Shown here: in pieces, positions 15,722 through 24,841 of the stretch
How the letters are laid out: the number at the start of each line of letters is the position of its first letter
Numbering within the stretch: the first letter of the stretch is position 1
Source: a virus
Taxonomy: Duplodnaviria > Caudoviricetes
Strand: one strand, 5' to 3'
DNA length: 37,931 nucleotides
IMG/VR virus record: IMGVR_UViG_3300048575_000434
Location: 1 to 37,931 of that record
Program-made: the position numbers and the translations under genes
Notes under the pieces: model-generated
Told to the model about the DNA's origin: nothing
What the model saw: only the letters and a program-made list of their open reading frames with translations
Databases searched by the model: none

Positions 15722-16032
15722 GCAACGCCATCGACCCGAACCGTGTCCGCCGCGAGAACCTGCGGTGGCTGATCATCTTGACGCTGAACAATGCCCGTCC
15801 CATCGGCGCGTTCGAAGGCCCCATCCTGGCCGTGGCCCAGTCCGAATATCCGGACGCCACGCCGCTGGAGCTGCGCCGCGAGATGGACTACCTCCACGAC
15901 CGCGAGCTGGTAAAGATCGACAAGCAGCCCATGGGCCGCTGGCATGCGGAGCTGACGCGCATCGGCGTGGACCTGGCCGAGTACACCATTCCGTGCGAAC
16001 CGGGCATTGCCCGCCCTGCGAAGTACTGGTGA
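15718..16032 (+). CDS. Mu gp26-like winged-helix protein
   Basis: RRENLRWLIL...MDYL...LTRIGVDLAE...GIARP. Confidence 0.75.
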   Translation: MSNAIDPNRVRRENLRWLIILTLNNARPIGAFEGPILAVAQSEYPDATPLELRREMDYLHDRELVKIDKQPMGRWHAELTRIGVDLAEYTIPCEPGIARPAKYW

Positions 16033-16035
16033 GCC

Positions 16036-16623
16036 ATGGGCCGCAAGAGTTCCATCGACCGGCTCGACCCGGAGATCAAGGCCTACCTGCTGGCGATGAT
16101 CGCCACGGGCAGCATGACGCTCAACGAGCTGATCATCGACCTGCAGGAGCGCTTCCCCGCTGCGGCAGCGTCCGGTGACCTGCCAAGCCGGTCAGCCGTG
16201 GGCCGTTACGGCCAGAAGCTGGAGCGGCGCCTGGCTGCCATCCGTGCCAGCACCGAGGCGGCCAAGCTGATCCAGGCCCATGCCGGCGACGACAAGGACG
16301 CCCGCAGCGAGGCACTGACGGCCATGGTGCAGACCGAGCTGTTCGAAGCCATCCTGGAGCTGCAGGAAGCCGATGCCGAGGGCGACGAAGCTGCCGACCC
16401 TGGTGAGCGCGTGGCCCTGCTCAGCAAAGCCGCCAAGAACATCGCCACCTTGACCAGGTCGAGCATCAACCTCAAGGAGTTCCAGGCCAAGGTTGAGGAA
16501 GCCACCCGCAAGAAGCTGCTGGCCGAACAGGAGGCTAACCTGCAGGAGGTCGCCAAGGCACAGGGCATGGACGAAGCCCAGGTGGACTTCTGGCGCCGCA
16601 AGTTCCTCGGCGTCGGGACCTGA
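16036..16623 (+). CDS. Terminase small subunit, Mu gp27/DUF3486 family
   Basis: MGRKSSIDRL...SRSAVGRY; directly upstream of the large terminase. Confidence 0.85.
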   Translation: MGRKSSIDRLDPEIKAYLLAMIATGSMTLNELIIDLQERFPAAAASGDLPSRSAVGRYGQKLERRLAAIRASTEAAKLIQAHAGDDKDARSEALTAMVQTELFEAILELQEADAEGDEAADPGERVALLSKAAKNIATLTRSSINLKEFQAKVEEATRKKLLAEQEANLQEVAKAQGMDEAQVDFWRRKFLGVGT

Positions 16624-16625
16624 CC

Positions 16626-18299
16626 ATGCACGTCGTCAAGCCGCTGGCCTCCACCCTGCGCACGCTGGAATGGGACGACCTCCCTCCCAGCGTGCGGTCC
16701 ATTCCAGAGGGCTTTGACCCGCTGGCCGATGGCGTCTTGATGCTGCACCAGCGCCAGGTGGCCGCCATCGAGGCGGCCATCATCGCAGTGCCCAAGGGAC
16801 GCCGCACCGGCATCACGTTCGGCACCATGCTCAACAAGACGCTGGTGGCTGCCGCGCGCAAGAGCGCCGGGGGCGACAACGTCTTCTACATCGGCGACAC
16901 CAAGGAAAAAGGCCTCGAAGCCATCGGCTACTGCGCCAAGTTCGCCCGCGTGATCGCCCAGGCCCAGGGCCAGGGTGTCTCGGGCATCGAAGAATTCCTG
17001 TTCGAGGACCAGGACGACAACGGGAAGACCAAGCACATCACGGCCTACCGTATCCGCTTTGCCTCGGGCTTCCAGGTGTGCGCGCTGTCCAGCCGCCCGG
17101 CCAACATCCGGGGCCTGCAGGGCCATGTGGTGATCGACGAAGCCGCGTTCCACCCGGACGTGCAGGGCGTGCTCGATGCCGCCACCGCTCTGCTGATCTG
17201 GGGCGGCCAGATCACCGTCATCAGCTCGCACAACGGCAAGAACAACCCGTTCGCGCAGTTCTGCCGCGACATCGAGGCCGGCCGCTACGGCACGGACGCG
17301 CAGGTGGTCACCGTCACCTTTGACGACGCCGTGGCCAACGGCCTGTACGAGCGGGTCTGCATGATGAAGGGCACCAAGCCCTCGCTCGAAGGCAAGCAGG
17401 CCTGGTACAGCAAGATCCGCAACGGCTACGGCGTGCGCAAGGCCGCCATGCGCGAGGAACTGGACGCCATTCCACGCGACGGCAATGGCGTGTGCCTGCC
17501 AGGCGTGTGGATCGAGCAGGCCATGGTGCTGCCAGAAACCTGCGTGCTGCGCCTGACGCTGGACGAGGATTTCGTGCTCAAGAGCCCGGCCGAGCGTGAG
17601 GCCTGGGTGGCCGACTGGATCGAGCGCTACCTCGCGCCGGCCCTGGCCGCTCTGGACAAGAACGCGCGGCATGTCTTCAGCCACGACTACGCCCGCCACC
17701 GGGACTTCTCCAGCTGGGGGGCGACGGCGCTCACCACGGGCATGCGCCGCCAGGTGCCCCTCGTCATCGAAATGCACAAGGTGCCCTACGCCCAGCAACG
17801 GCAGATCACCTGGTATGCCATCGAGCGCCTGCCGCGCCGCTGCGGCGGGGCCATGGACGCCACCGGCTCTGGCGAGCCATTGGCCGAAGAGACGGCCGAC
17901 AAGTTCGGCCATGGCCACGTGCATCAGGTCAAGCTCAACCGCGCCTGGTACGGCACCTGGATGCCCAAGCTGGTGCAGGGCTTCGAGGACGGGATGATCG
18001 ACATCCCGGCCGACCCCAACGCCGCCCAGGACCTGCGCGCCATCGAAGAGGTGGACGGCGTGGCCATGGTCACCAAGGCGCGCCGCGCCGACGTGAAAGA
18101 CCCGGACCTGTTCCGCCACGGCGACAGCGCCGTCATGCTCTGCCTGGGCTGGTTCGCTACGCTCAACCTGAGCGCGGCCATCGACTTCATCCCCTTGCCG
18201 CTGCTCCCGCGCGGCTTCGACAACCTCGGCGCGGCCGACCGCGACAACGATGAGGCAGAGGACTACCTCCGCCTGGTCGAGCCGCGCGCCACCTGGTAG
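16626..18299 (+). CDS. Terminase large subunit (Mu gp28-like)
   Basis: KGRRTGIT, VVIDEAAFH, ISSHNG, MDATGSG and HGDSA motifs. Confidence 0.93.
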   Translation: MHVVKPLASTLRTLEWDDLPPSVRSIPEGFDPLADGVLMLHQRQVAAIEAAIIAVPKGRRTGITFGTMLNKTLVAAARKSAGGDNVFYIGDTKEKGLEAIGYCAKFARVIAQAQGQGVSGIEEFLFEDQDDNGKTKHITAYRIRFASGFQVCALSSRPANIRGLQGHVVIDEAAFHPDVQGVLDAATALLIWGGQITVISSHNGKNNPFAQFCRDIEAGRYGTDAQVVTVTFDDAVANGLYERVCMMKGTKPSLEGKQAWYSKIRNGYGVRKAAMREELDAIPRDGNGVCLPGVWIEQAMVLPETCVLRLTLDEDFVLKSPAEREAWVADWIERYLAPALAALDKNARHVFSHDYARHRDFSSWGATALTTGMRRQVPLVIEMHKVPYAQQRQITWYAIERLPRRCGGAMDATGSGEPLAEETADKFGHGHVHQVKLNRAWYGTWMPKLVQGFEDGMIDIPADPNAAQDLRAIEEVDGVAMVTKARRADVKDPDLFRHGDSAVMLCLGWFATLNLSAAIDFIPLPLLPRGFDNLGAADRDNDEAEDYLRLVEPRATW

Positions 18300-18305
18300 C
18301 ACCCC

Positions 18306-19901
18306 ATGGCAACTTCCCGCATCCTCGGCCCGGACGGCCAGCCCATCGCCATGCCCGACCTGCAGGAGCCCCAGACCGCCAAGCTGGCGCACCTGCAGCG
18401 CGAGCTGCAGACCCACCCCACGCGCGGCCTCACGCCCTCGCGCCTGGCCAAGATCCTGGACGCGGCCGAGGCTGGCGACCTGGTCGCCCAGTTCGAGCTG
18501 TTCGAGGACATGGAAGAAAAGGACGGCCACATCGCCGCCGAGATGGGCAAGCGCCGCCGTGCCTGCGTGCTGGACTGGAACGTGGTGCCGCCCGAGGGCG
18601 CCGACGCCGCCGAGAAGAAGGCCGCCGCCCAGGTGGGCGAGCTGCTCATGGAGATCCCGGACTTCGAGGACATGGTCTTCGACCTGACCGATGCCATCGG
18701 CAAGGGCTATGCCTGCCTGGAAATCGAGTGGCACCGCGTGGAGGGCTGGTGGGTGCCCAAGACGATCACGCACCGCCCGCAGAGCTGGTTCACCCTGCAC
18801 CGGGGCTACCGCCAGGAGCTGCGCCTGCGCAGCAATAGCGTGGTGGATGGCGTCGTGGGCGCCCCCCTCACGCCCTTTGGCTGGATCACCCACGTGCACA
18901 AGGCCAAGAGCGGCTACCTGGAGCGCGCCGCGCTGTTCCGCCAGTTGGTATGGACCTACCTGTTCAAGAACTACAGCGTAGGCGACCTGGCCGAGTTCCT
19001 GGAGATCTACGGTATTCCGGTGCGCATCGGCAAGTACCCCGCCAGCGCGAGCGAGAAGGAGAAGGCCACGCTGTTGCGCGCCATCGCGGCCATCGGCCAC
19101 AACGCGGCGGGCATCATCCCCGACGGCATGCTGATCGAATTCAAGGACGCCGCCACGGGCGACCCCAAGGCCTTTGAACTCATGATGTCCTGGTGCGAGC
19201 GCAACCAGTCCAAGGTCATCCTGGGCGGCACCCTGACCAGCGGCGCCGATGGCAAGAGCAGCACCAACGCCCTGGGCAACGTGCACAACGAAGTGCGCAA
19301 GGATCTGCGCGATGGCGACGTGCGCCAGGCCAACACCACCCTGACCCGCGACCTCGTCTATGCCATGGCCGCCCTCAACGGCCTGGCACCGGGCGGCCTG
19401 CGCCGCTCGCCCCAGTTCCGCCTCAACGCGCAGGAGCGCGAGGACCTGGCCTCGTTTTCCCAGGCGCTGCCGCCGCTGGTCAACATGGGCGTGCGCCCGC
19501 CCATCGCCTGGGTGCATGAGCGGCTGGGCATCCCGGTGGCGCAGGGCAATGAGCCCGTGCTCATGCCATCGGCCCCTCCAGCCCCCAGGGCTACGGCGGC
19601 CGCCACGGCCGCGCTCCCGGCAGTCACGCCCGCCGCATCACCTGGCGAGCTGCCGCCGCCCCAGCAGATGCAGCCTCAGCTTGCCGCCGCGCTGGCCCCG
19701 GCCGTGGGCGCCTGGATCGACCAGGTGCGCGAGCTGGTGCAGCGTGCCCAGTCGCTGGCCGAGATCCGCGACGGCCTGGATGCACTGCTGCCAGGCATGA
19801 CGCTGGACCAGTACGCCGCCGCGATGGCGGTGGCCCTGCGCGCCGCAGAAATGGCAGGCCGCTACGAGGTGCTGCAGGAGGCTTCTGGCGGGAGCGCGTA
19901 G
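18306..19901 (+). CDS. Portal protein (Mu gp29/DUF935)
   Basis: LFEDMEEKDGH, FLEIYGIPVRIGKY and SKVILGGTLTS...ALGNVHNEVR motifs. Confidence 0.95.
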   Translation: MATSRILGPDGQPIAMPDLQEPQTAKLAHLQRELQTHPTRGLTPSRLAKILDAAEAGDLVAQFELFEDMEEKDGHIAAEMGKRRRACVLDWNVVPPEGADAAEKKAAAQVGELLMEIPDFEDMVFDLTDAIGKGYACLEIEWHRVEGWWVPKTITHRPQSWFTLHRGYRQELRLRSNSVVDGVVGAPLTPFGWITHVHKAKSGYLERAALFRQLVWTYLFKNYSVGDLAEFLEIYGIPVRIGKYPASASEKEKATLLRAIAAIGHNAAGIIPDGMLIEFKDAATGDPKAFELMMSWCERNQSKVILGGTLTSGADGKSSTNALGNVHNEVRKDLRDGDVRQANTTLTRDLVYAMAALNGLAPGGLRRSPQFRLNAQEREDLASFSQALPPLVNMGVRPPIAWVHERLGIPVAQGNEPVLMPSAPPAPRATAAATAALPAVTPAASPGELPPPQQMQPQLAAALAPAVGAWIDQVRELVQRAQSLAEIRDGLDALLPGMTLDQYAAAMAVALRAAEMAGRYEVLQEASGGSA

Positions 19902-19914
19902 AAGCCCCTAACGC

Positions 19915-19973
19915 CCGATCCTGCCCCCGTTGCACGTCCGCGCACCGATCCCTGCCCCGTAAACGTTTATAAA
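19915..19973. other. Central intergenic element, candidate strong gyrase site
   Basis: Near-identical 16-mers 30 bp apart plus TAAACGTTTATAAA, close to the genome midpoint. Confidence 0.4.
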
Positions 19974-19993
19974 AGCCCTCGCGCCCCCATCGC

Positions 19994-21247
19994 ATGCCGA
20001 CCGCCGCCTACGGTTCCCTCCCATTCGCCGAGCAGGCCGAATTTTTCCGGCGCAAGCTCAACCTGCCCACCGATGGCTGGACCGACATCTACACCCGCGA
20101 GCACGACTGGGCTTTCGTCGTGGCCGGTGCCAACCGCGATGCCATCGTGGCCGACTTCCGCGCCGCCGTGGAGAAGGCCATCGCGGGCGGGAGCACCCTC
20201 GAAGACTTCCGCAAGGACTTCGACCGCATCGTGGCCACGCACGGCTGGGACTACAACGGCGGGCGCAACTGGCGCAGCCGCGTCATCTACGACACCAACC
20301 TGGCCACCAGCTACGCCGCCGGGCGCTGGCAGCAACTGCAGGCCGCTCCCTACTGGCAGTACGACCACCAGGACTGGGTGGAACACCCGCGCCCGCAGCA
20401 CGTGAGCTGGGACGGCCTGGTGCTGGAGAAAGACAACCCGTTCTGGCAGACCCACTTCCCGCCCAACGGCTGGGGGTGCCACTGCAAGGTCAAGGGGCTG
20501 TGGCCACGCGACCTGCAGCGGCTGGGCAAGAGCGGCCCCGACCAGGCCCCGGCCGTCAATCTGGTGGAGCGCACCATCGGCCAGCGCAGCACCCTGGGGC
20601 CGCGCACGGTGCACGTTCCCGAGGGCATCGACCCGGGGTTCGAGTACGCGCCGGGCAGCGCGCGCCTGCGCAGCGCCATTCCCCCGCATACGACCCAGGG
20701 GCCGGATGGCCTGCCCAGCAGCGCGGGAGGCCCCGGCCTGCCGAACCGGCGCCCGGCCGATACGCTGCCCCCGCCGCGCACGCTGCCAGCCAGCGCCATG
20801 CTGCCCGCAGGCCAGGCGCCCGAGACCTACGTCTCGCAGTTCCTGGGAGAGTTTGGCGCCACACTGGATGCGCCCACCATCGTGCGCGACGTGATCGGCG
20901 AGCGACTGGTGGTGGGCAAGGAGCTGTTCCAGGACACCGAGGGTGAATGGAAGGTGTTCAAGCGCGGGCGCGAGCAGTACTTGCCGCTGCTTGCCCAGGC
21001 CGTGCTGCGGCCCGACGAGATCTGGGCGCGGGTCGAGTGGATGCATGCAGCCGGCCGCGCCGTGGTGCGCCGCCGCTACGTGACGCGTTTCGTGGTCGAA
21101 GGGCAGGAGGGCAGCACGCCCGGCCTGGCGGTGTTTGAGCTGGGCGCCGATGGCTGGAACGGGATCACGGCGTTTCCGCCGGCATCGGCCGACTACCTGG
21201 AACACGCGCGTGTCGGTGTGCGCCTGTACCGCCGTGAGGAAGAATAA
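19994..21247 (+). CDS. MuF (gp30) minor head protein fused to a C-terminal PBECR2-like nuclease domain
   Basis: MuF motifs AFVVAGA, IYDTNLATSYAAGRW, PRPQH..WDG, FPPNGWGCHC and DPGFEYAPG; extension with PDEIW...RRRY...W.GITAF...YL...R.G..LYRR. Confidence 0.85.
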   Translation: MPTAAYGSLPFAEQAEFFRRKLNLPTDGWTDIYTREHDWAFVVAGANRDAIVADFRAAVEKAIAGGSTLEDFRKDFDRIVATHGWDYNGGRNWRSRVIYDTNLATSYAAGRWQQLQAAPYWQYDHQDWVEHPRPQHVSWDGLVLEKDNPFWQTHFPPNGWGCHCKVKGLWPRDLQRLGKSGPDQAPAVNLVERTIGQRSTLGPRTVHVPEGIDPGFEYAPGSARLRSAIPPHTTQGPDGLPSSAGGPGLPNRRPADTLPPPRTLPASAMLPAGQAPETYVSQFLGEFGATLDAPTIVRDVIGERLVVGKELFQDTEGEWKVFKRGREQYLPLLAQAVLRPDEIWARVEWMHAAGRAVVRRRYVTRFVVEGQEGSTPGLAVFELGADGWNGITAFPPASADYLEHARVGVRLYRREEE

Positions 21248-21254
21248 CGCGGGC

Positions 21255-21350
21255 AACAGAAAGGCCAGCGCACCGCCACACGCTGGCCCGCCCGGACGTG
21301 GGATTGGAGGCGGTGGCAGCCGCTGCCCGTCCGATGGATGCCCCATTGTA
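21255..21350 (-). ncRNA. Candidate antisense-oriented structured sRNA with own -10 and terminator
   Basis: TACAAT at 21345-21350; stem 21293-21298/21328-21333; terminator stem 21263-21270/21281-21288 followed by TTTCTGTT; 7-bp loop-loop complementarity. Confidence 0.55.
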
Positions 21351-21363
21351 GGAGCTTTGCACT

Positions 21364-21924
21364 ATGGCTGGAACCCACATCTCCGTTGTTGTCGACGACG
21401 CCCAGGCCCTTGCCGTGCTGGCCCGCCTGGGCGAGCCCGGCACCGACGACCTCATGCCGCGCCTGGGCGAGTACCTGCAGGCCAGCACGCAAAAGCGCTT
21501 CAAGACCCAGACGGCGCCGGACGGCACCGCCTGGGCTCCATTGCAACCGCGTTACGCCCGGCGAAAGAAGTACGCCAAGGACAAAATCCTCACACTGCGC
21601 GGCTATCTGCGCGGCGGCATCCACTACCAGGTCACAGGTACGGCCGAGGTGGAGGTGGGCAGCAGCACCAAGTACGCGGCCATCCACCAGCTCGGCGGCG
21701 AGATCGACAAGCCCGAGCGCCAGACTGCGGTGCGCTACCGCACCGTGGCCGGCCGCACGCTGTTCGCTGGTCGCAAGCACAAACGCGGCGTCACGGAGCG
21801 TCAGGTGACCATCCCTGTCCACTTTGTGAAGATTCCGGCACGGCCATTCCTGGGCATCAGCGCCGACGATGACAAGGAAATCCGCTCGATCATCCTGGAC
21901 TGGGTTGTCGAGCGCAGTAAATAG
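21364..21924 (+). CDS. Virion morphogenesis protein (Mu gpG/gp31 family)
   Basis: RF..QTAPDGTAWAPL, VGSSTKYAAIHQLGG and IPARPFLGIS motifs. Confidence 0.92.
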   Translation: MAGTHISVVVDDAQALAVLARLGEPGTDDLMPRLGEYLQASTQKRFKTQTAPDGTAWAPLQPRYARRKKYAKDKILTLRGYLRGGIHYQVTGTAEVEVGSSTKYAAIHQLGGEIDKPERQTAVRYRTVAGRTLFAGRKHKRGVTERQVTIPVHFVKIPARPFLGISADDDKEIRSIILDWVVERSK

Positions 21925-21966
21925 GGTCCTGGTTCCCAAGACCTGAAGGGCACGCATGCCGACCAT
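21919..21966 (+). promoter_or_regulatory. Late promoter 2 (head operon, Mu P-I equivalent)
   Basis: AAATAGGGTCCTGGTTCCCAAGAC, 18 nt, GACCAT, 6 nt, ATG. Confidence 0.65.
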
Positions 21967-21972
21967 AGCGGC

Positions 21973-23169
21973 ATGCCTCAACGCACCGCTCCCCGTAAGA
22001 CCCACATCGCCATCTGCAGCGCCGGTGCCGCTGCCATGGCCATCGCTGCGTGCACCTTCGGGGTGCCCGTCAAGACCGAACTGGCGAGCGGCATGGTCAT
22101 GCTGCAAATCACCCCAGCAGGCAGCTTCAAGCCCAACGACGGCCGCGCCCTCAAGCCGGGCGCCTGGCGCATCGACGCAGCCAGCGCGCAGCGCGTCATC
22201 GAGCGCTTCATGGCACGGGGCAAGCCCCCGGTCATCGACTACGAGCACCAGACCCTCAAGAAAGAGCAGAACGGCCAGCCCGCCCCCGCAGCTGGCTGGA
22301 TGCGTGATCTGCGCTGGATTGAAGGCCAGGGCCTGTACGCGGTTGCCGAGCTGACGGCCCGCGCCCGCGAGTACATCAAGGCCAACGAGTACCTCTACTT
22401 CTCCCCGGTGTTCGAGTACGACGAACGTGACGGCACGGTCCTGGCCGTCCACATGGGCGCGCTCACCAACGATCCCGGCATCAGCGGCATGGAGCCGCTC
22501 TCCCTCGTCGCTGCCGCCTCGGCCGCGTTCCTTCCCCAAGCAACCACTCCCCAGGAGCCCTCCGTGAACCCCTTGCTCAAAGCCTTGCTGGCCGCCTTCG
22601 GCCTGCCCGAGTCCACCACCGAACCGCAGGCCATCGCCGCCTTGACCGCGCTGGGTCCGCTGCAGCCCCTGCAGGCCCGCGCCGCCGTGGCCACCGCTGC
22701 GTGCACCGCGCTCCAGTTGCCCCAGGACGCCACGGCCGAGGCCATCACGGCCGCTTGCACCAGCCTGCGCACGGCCCAGCCTGGCACGCCCGACCCGGCC
22801 AAGTACGTGCCTGTCGAGTCGGTCACCGCCCTGCAGGGCCAGATCGCCGCGCTCACGGCGCGGCAGCTCGACGCCGACGTGGAGGCGCAGATCAAGCCCG
22901 CCCTGCAGGACGGCCGCCTGCTGCCCGCTCTGGAGACCTGGGCGCGCGATCTGGGCAAGAAGGACATCGCCGCGCTCACCGCCTTCCTGGGCGCCGCCAA
23001 GCCCATCCCGGCGCTGGCAGGCACCCAGACGGGCGGCAAGGCGCCCACGCCCACCGCCACAGGCGACCAGCAGCTCAGCGTTGACGAGCTGGCCGTTTGC
23101 TCTGCCATGGGCCTCACGCCCGAGGCGTACCGCAAGGCCCACACCGCCGTGGCCACCGGCGCCGCCTGA
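21973..23169 (+). CDS. Prohead protease I (Mu gp32 family)
   Basis: IDYEHQTL, PAPAAGW, EYLYFSPVF and ALTNDP motifs. Confidence 0.93.
   Translation: MPQRTAPRKTHIAICSAGAAAMAIAACTFGVPVKTELASGMVMLQITPAGSFKPNDGRALKPGAWRIDAASAQRVIERFMARGKPPVIDYEHQTLKKEQNGQPAPAAGWMRDLRWIEGQGLYAVAELTARAREYIKANEYLYFSPVFEYDERDGTVLAVHMGALTNDPGISGMEPLSLVAAASAAFLPQATTPQEPSVNPLLKALLAAFGLPESTTEPQAIAALTALGPLQPLQARAAVATAACTALQLPQDATAEAITAACTSLRTAQPGTPDPAKYVPVESVTALQGQIAALTARQLDADVEAQIKPALQDGRLLPALETWARDLGKKDIAALTAFLGAAKPIPALAGTQTGGKAPTPTATGDQQLSVDELAVCSAMGLTPEAYRKAHTAVATGAA
22564..23169 (+). CDS. Scaffolding protein Z from an internal in-frame start
   Basis: CAGGAG Shine-Dalgarno then in-frame GTG at 22564; mirrors the Mu I/Z arrangement. 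Confidence 0.7.
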   Translation: MNPLLKALLAAFGLPESTTEPQAIAALTALGPLQPLQARAAVATAACTALQLPQDATAEAITAACTSLRTAQPGTPDPAKYVPVESVTALQGQIAALTARQLDADVEAQIKPALQDGRLLPALETWARDLGKKDIAALTAFLGAAKPIPALAGTQTGGKAPTPTATGDQQLSVDELAVCSAMGLTPEAYRKAHTAVATGAA

Positions 23170-23208
23170 TCGCTGGCATCCCTTCCACCCATCGGAGACC
23201 CAAGTCCC

Positions 23209-23619
23209 ATGACTGCACTCACCCAAGACCGCAACACCCCGCGCCGTGACGGCAACCAGGTGGAGCCCCCCGTCGCCGCCGCCACCCGCATCTGGGGCGG
23301 CTCCCTGGTTTGCATCAACGCTGCGGGCTACGCCGTGCCAGGCGCCACCGCAACCACGCTCAAGGCCGTGGGCGTGTCCGAGCACCGTGCCGACAACACC
23401 AGCGGCGCCGCTGGCGCCATCCGCGTGCGCTGCCGCAAGGGGCCGCACCGCTTCGCCAACTCGGCCGCAGCCGATGCCATAGCGCTCACCGACGTCGGCA
23501 GCGACTGCTACATCGTGGACGACCAGACGGTCGCCAAGACCAACGGCACCAACACGCGCAGCGTGGCCGGCAAGGTGTTCGACGTGGACGCCGATGGCGT
23601 CTGGGTCGATTTCCGCTGA
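23209..23619 (+). CDS. Head decoration/cement-like protein
   Basis: MTALTQDRNT...VGSDCYIVDDQTVAKT...VWV; lies between protease and capsid genes. Confidence 0.75.
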   Translation: MTALTQDRNTPRRDGNQVEPPVAAATRIWGGSLVCINAAGYAVPGATATTLKAVGVSEHRADNTSGAAGAIRVRCRKGPHRFANSAAADAIALTDVGSDCYIVDDQTVAKTNGTNTRSVAGKVFDVDADGVWVDFR

Positions 23620-23646
23620 TTCCAACCCGCAACGGAGTTTCAACCC

Positions 23647-24540
23647 ATGATCGTCAATCAACAGAACCTCGCCATCCTGAACCAGGCGTTCAGCGCGGCC
23701 TTCGCGGGCGGCCTGGCCAGCGCCGCCCCCATGTGGAGCCAGATCGCCACGCTGGTGCCCAGCACCACGAGCGAGCAGAAATACGGCTGGCTGGGCAAGA
23801 TCACCAAGTTCCGCGAATGGATCGGCGAGCGCCAGTACCAGAACCTGGTGCAGCACGACTACGCCATCAAGAACAAGACATTCGAGAACACGGTGTCGGT
23901 GTCCCGCGACGAGATCGAGGACGACCACTACGGCGTCTACAAGCCGGTCATCGAGCAGCTCGGCCAGGACGCCGCGCAGCACCCCGACGAAATGGTCTTC
24001 AGCCTGCTCAACGCCGGCTTTACCACCCCCTGCTACGACGGCCAGTACTTCTTTGACACCGATCACCCGGTGGGCGCCCCTGGCAGCCAGGTCAGCGTGA
24101 GCAACTTCCAGGGCGGCAGCGGCACCGCCTGGTTCCTGATGGACACCACCAAGGTGCTCAAGCCCATCATTTACCAGAAGCGCCGCGACTACGCCTTCCA
24201 GGCCAAGACCAGCCTGACCGACGACAACGTCTTCAGTCGCAATGAGTTCGTCTGGGGCGCCGATGGCCGGGGCAATGTGGGCCTGGGCCTGTGGCAGCTC
24301 GCCTACGCATCGAAGCAGACGCTGGACGCTGACGCCTTCGAAGCAGCCCGCGCCGCGCACCAGTCTTTCGTTGGCGACAACGGCAAACCCCTGGTCATCA
24401 AGAGCGCCGAGCTGTGGGTTCCCCCCAGCCTGGAAGGCAAGGCCCGCCGCATTGTCGAGGCCGAGAACGGCGCCAACGGCGCCTCCAACATCAACCGCGG
24501 CCTTGCCAAGGTCGTCGTCTGCCCCTGGCTCACCGCCTGA
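23647..24540 (+). CDS. Major capsid protein (Mu gpT family)
   Basis: YGWLG..REWIGER, IEDD..G, CYDGQYFFDTDHPV and KPIIYQKR motifs. Confidence 0.95.
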   Translation: MIVNQQNLAILNQAFSAAFAGGLASAAPMWSQIATLVPSTTSEQKYGWLGKITKFREWIGERQYQNLVQHDYAIKNKTFENTVSVSRDEIEDDHYGVYKPVIEQLGQDAAQHPDEMVFSLLNAGFTTPCYDGQYFFDTDHPVGAPGSQVSVSNFQGGSGTAWFLMDTTKVLKPIIYQKRRDYAFQAKTSLTDDNVFSRNEFVWGADGRGNVGLGLWQLAYASKQTLDADAFEAARAAHQSFVGDNGKPLVIKSAELWVPPSLEGKARRIVEAENGANGASNINRGLAKVVVCPWLTA

Positions 24541-24577
24541 TCGCCCCTCGGCCTTTTCACTGAACGGAGCAACACCC

Positions 24578-24841
24578 ATGGCAACCGCCAAGAACGCACC
24601 CCGCAAGGCAGCATCGCTGGCCACCGCCCCTGTCACCAAGCCCGACGGCGAGCGCCAGGCGCTCAAGGTCGTGCCCAAGCGCGCGGGTTTTCGCCGCGCG
24701 GGCTACGCCTTCCCCGATGGCGAGACCGTCATCCCGCTGGATGAGCTGACCGACACGCAATACGAGCAGCTCACCACCGAGCCGATGCTGGTCACCCACC
24801 TGGTGAGCCTGCCCGCCGAGGGCGCTGAAGCCGGGACCTGA
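24578..24841 (+). CDS. HI1506/Mu gp35-like protein
   Basis: GFRRAGYAF...L..EPMLV; follows the capsid gene; GGAG Shine-Dalgarno. Confidence 0.75.
   Translation: MATAKNAPRKAASLATAPVTKPDGERQALKVVPKRAGFRRAGYAFPDGETVIPLDELTDTQYEQLTTEPMLVTHLVSLPAEGAEAGT

Noticed and set aside
16206-19517. 1103-aa minus-strand ORF
   Set aside because: Shadow of terminase and portal genes in high-GC DNA with biased codons; no recognisable motifs
21193-24678. 1161-aa minus-strand ORF
   Set aside because: Antisense to well-supported head genes; typical stop-poor mirror frame
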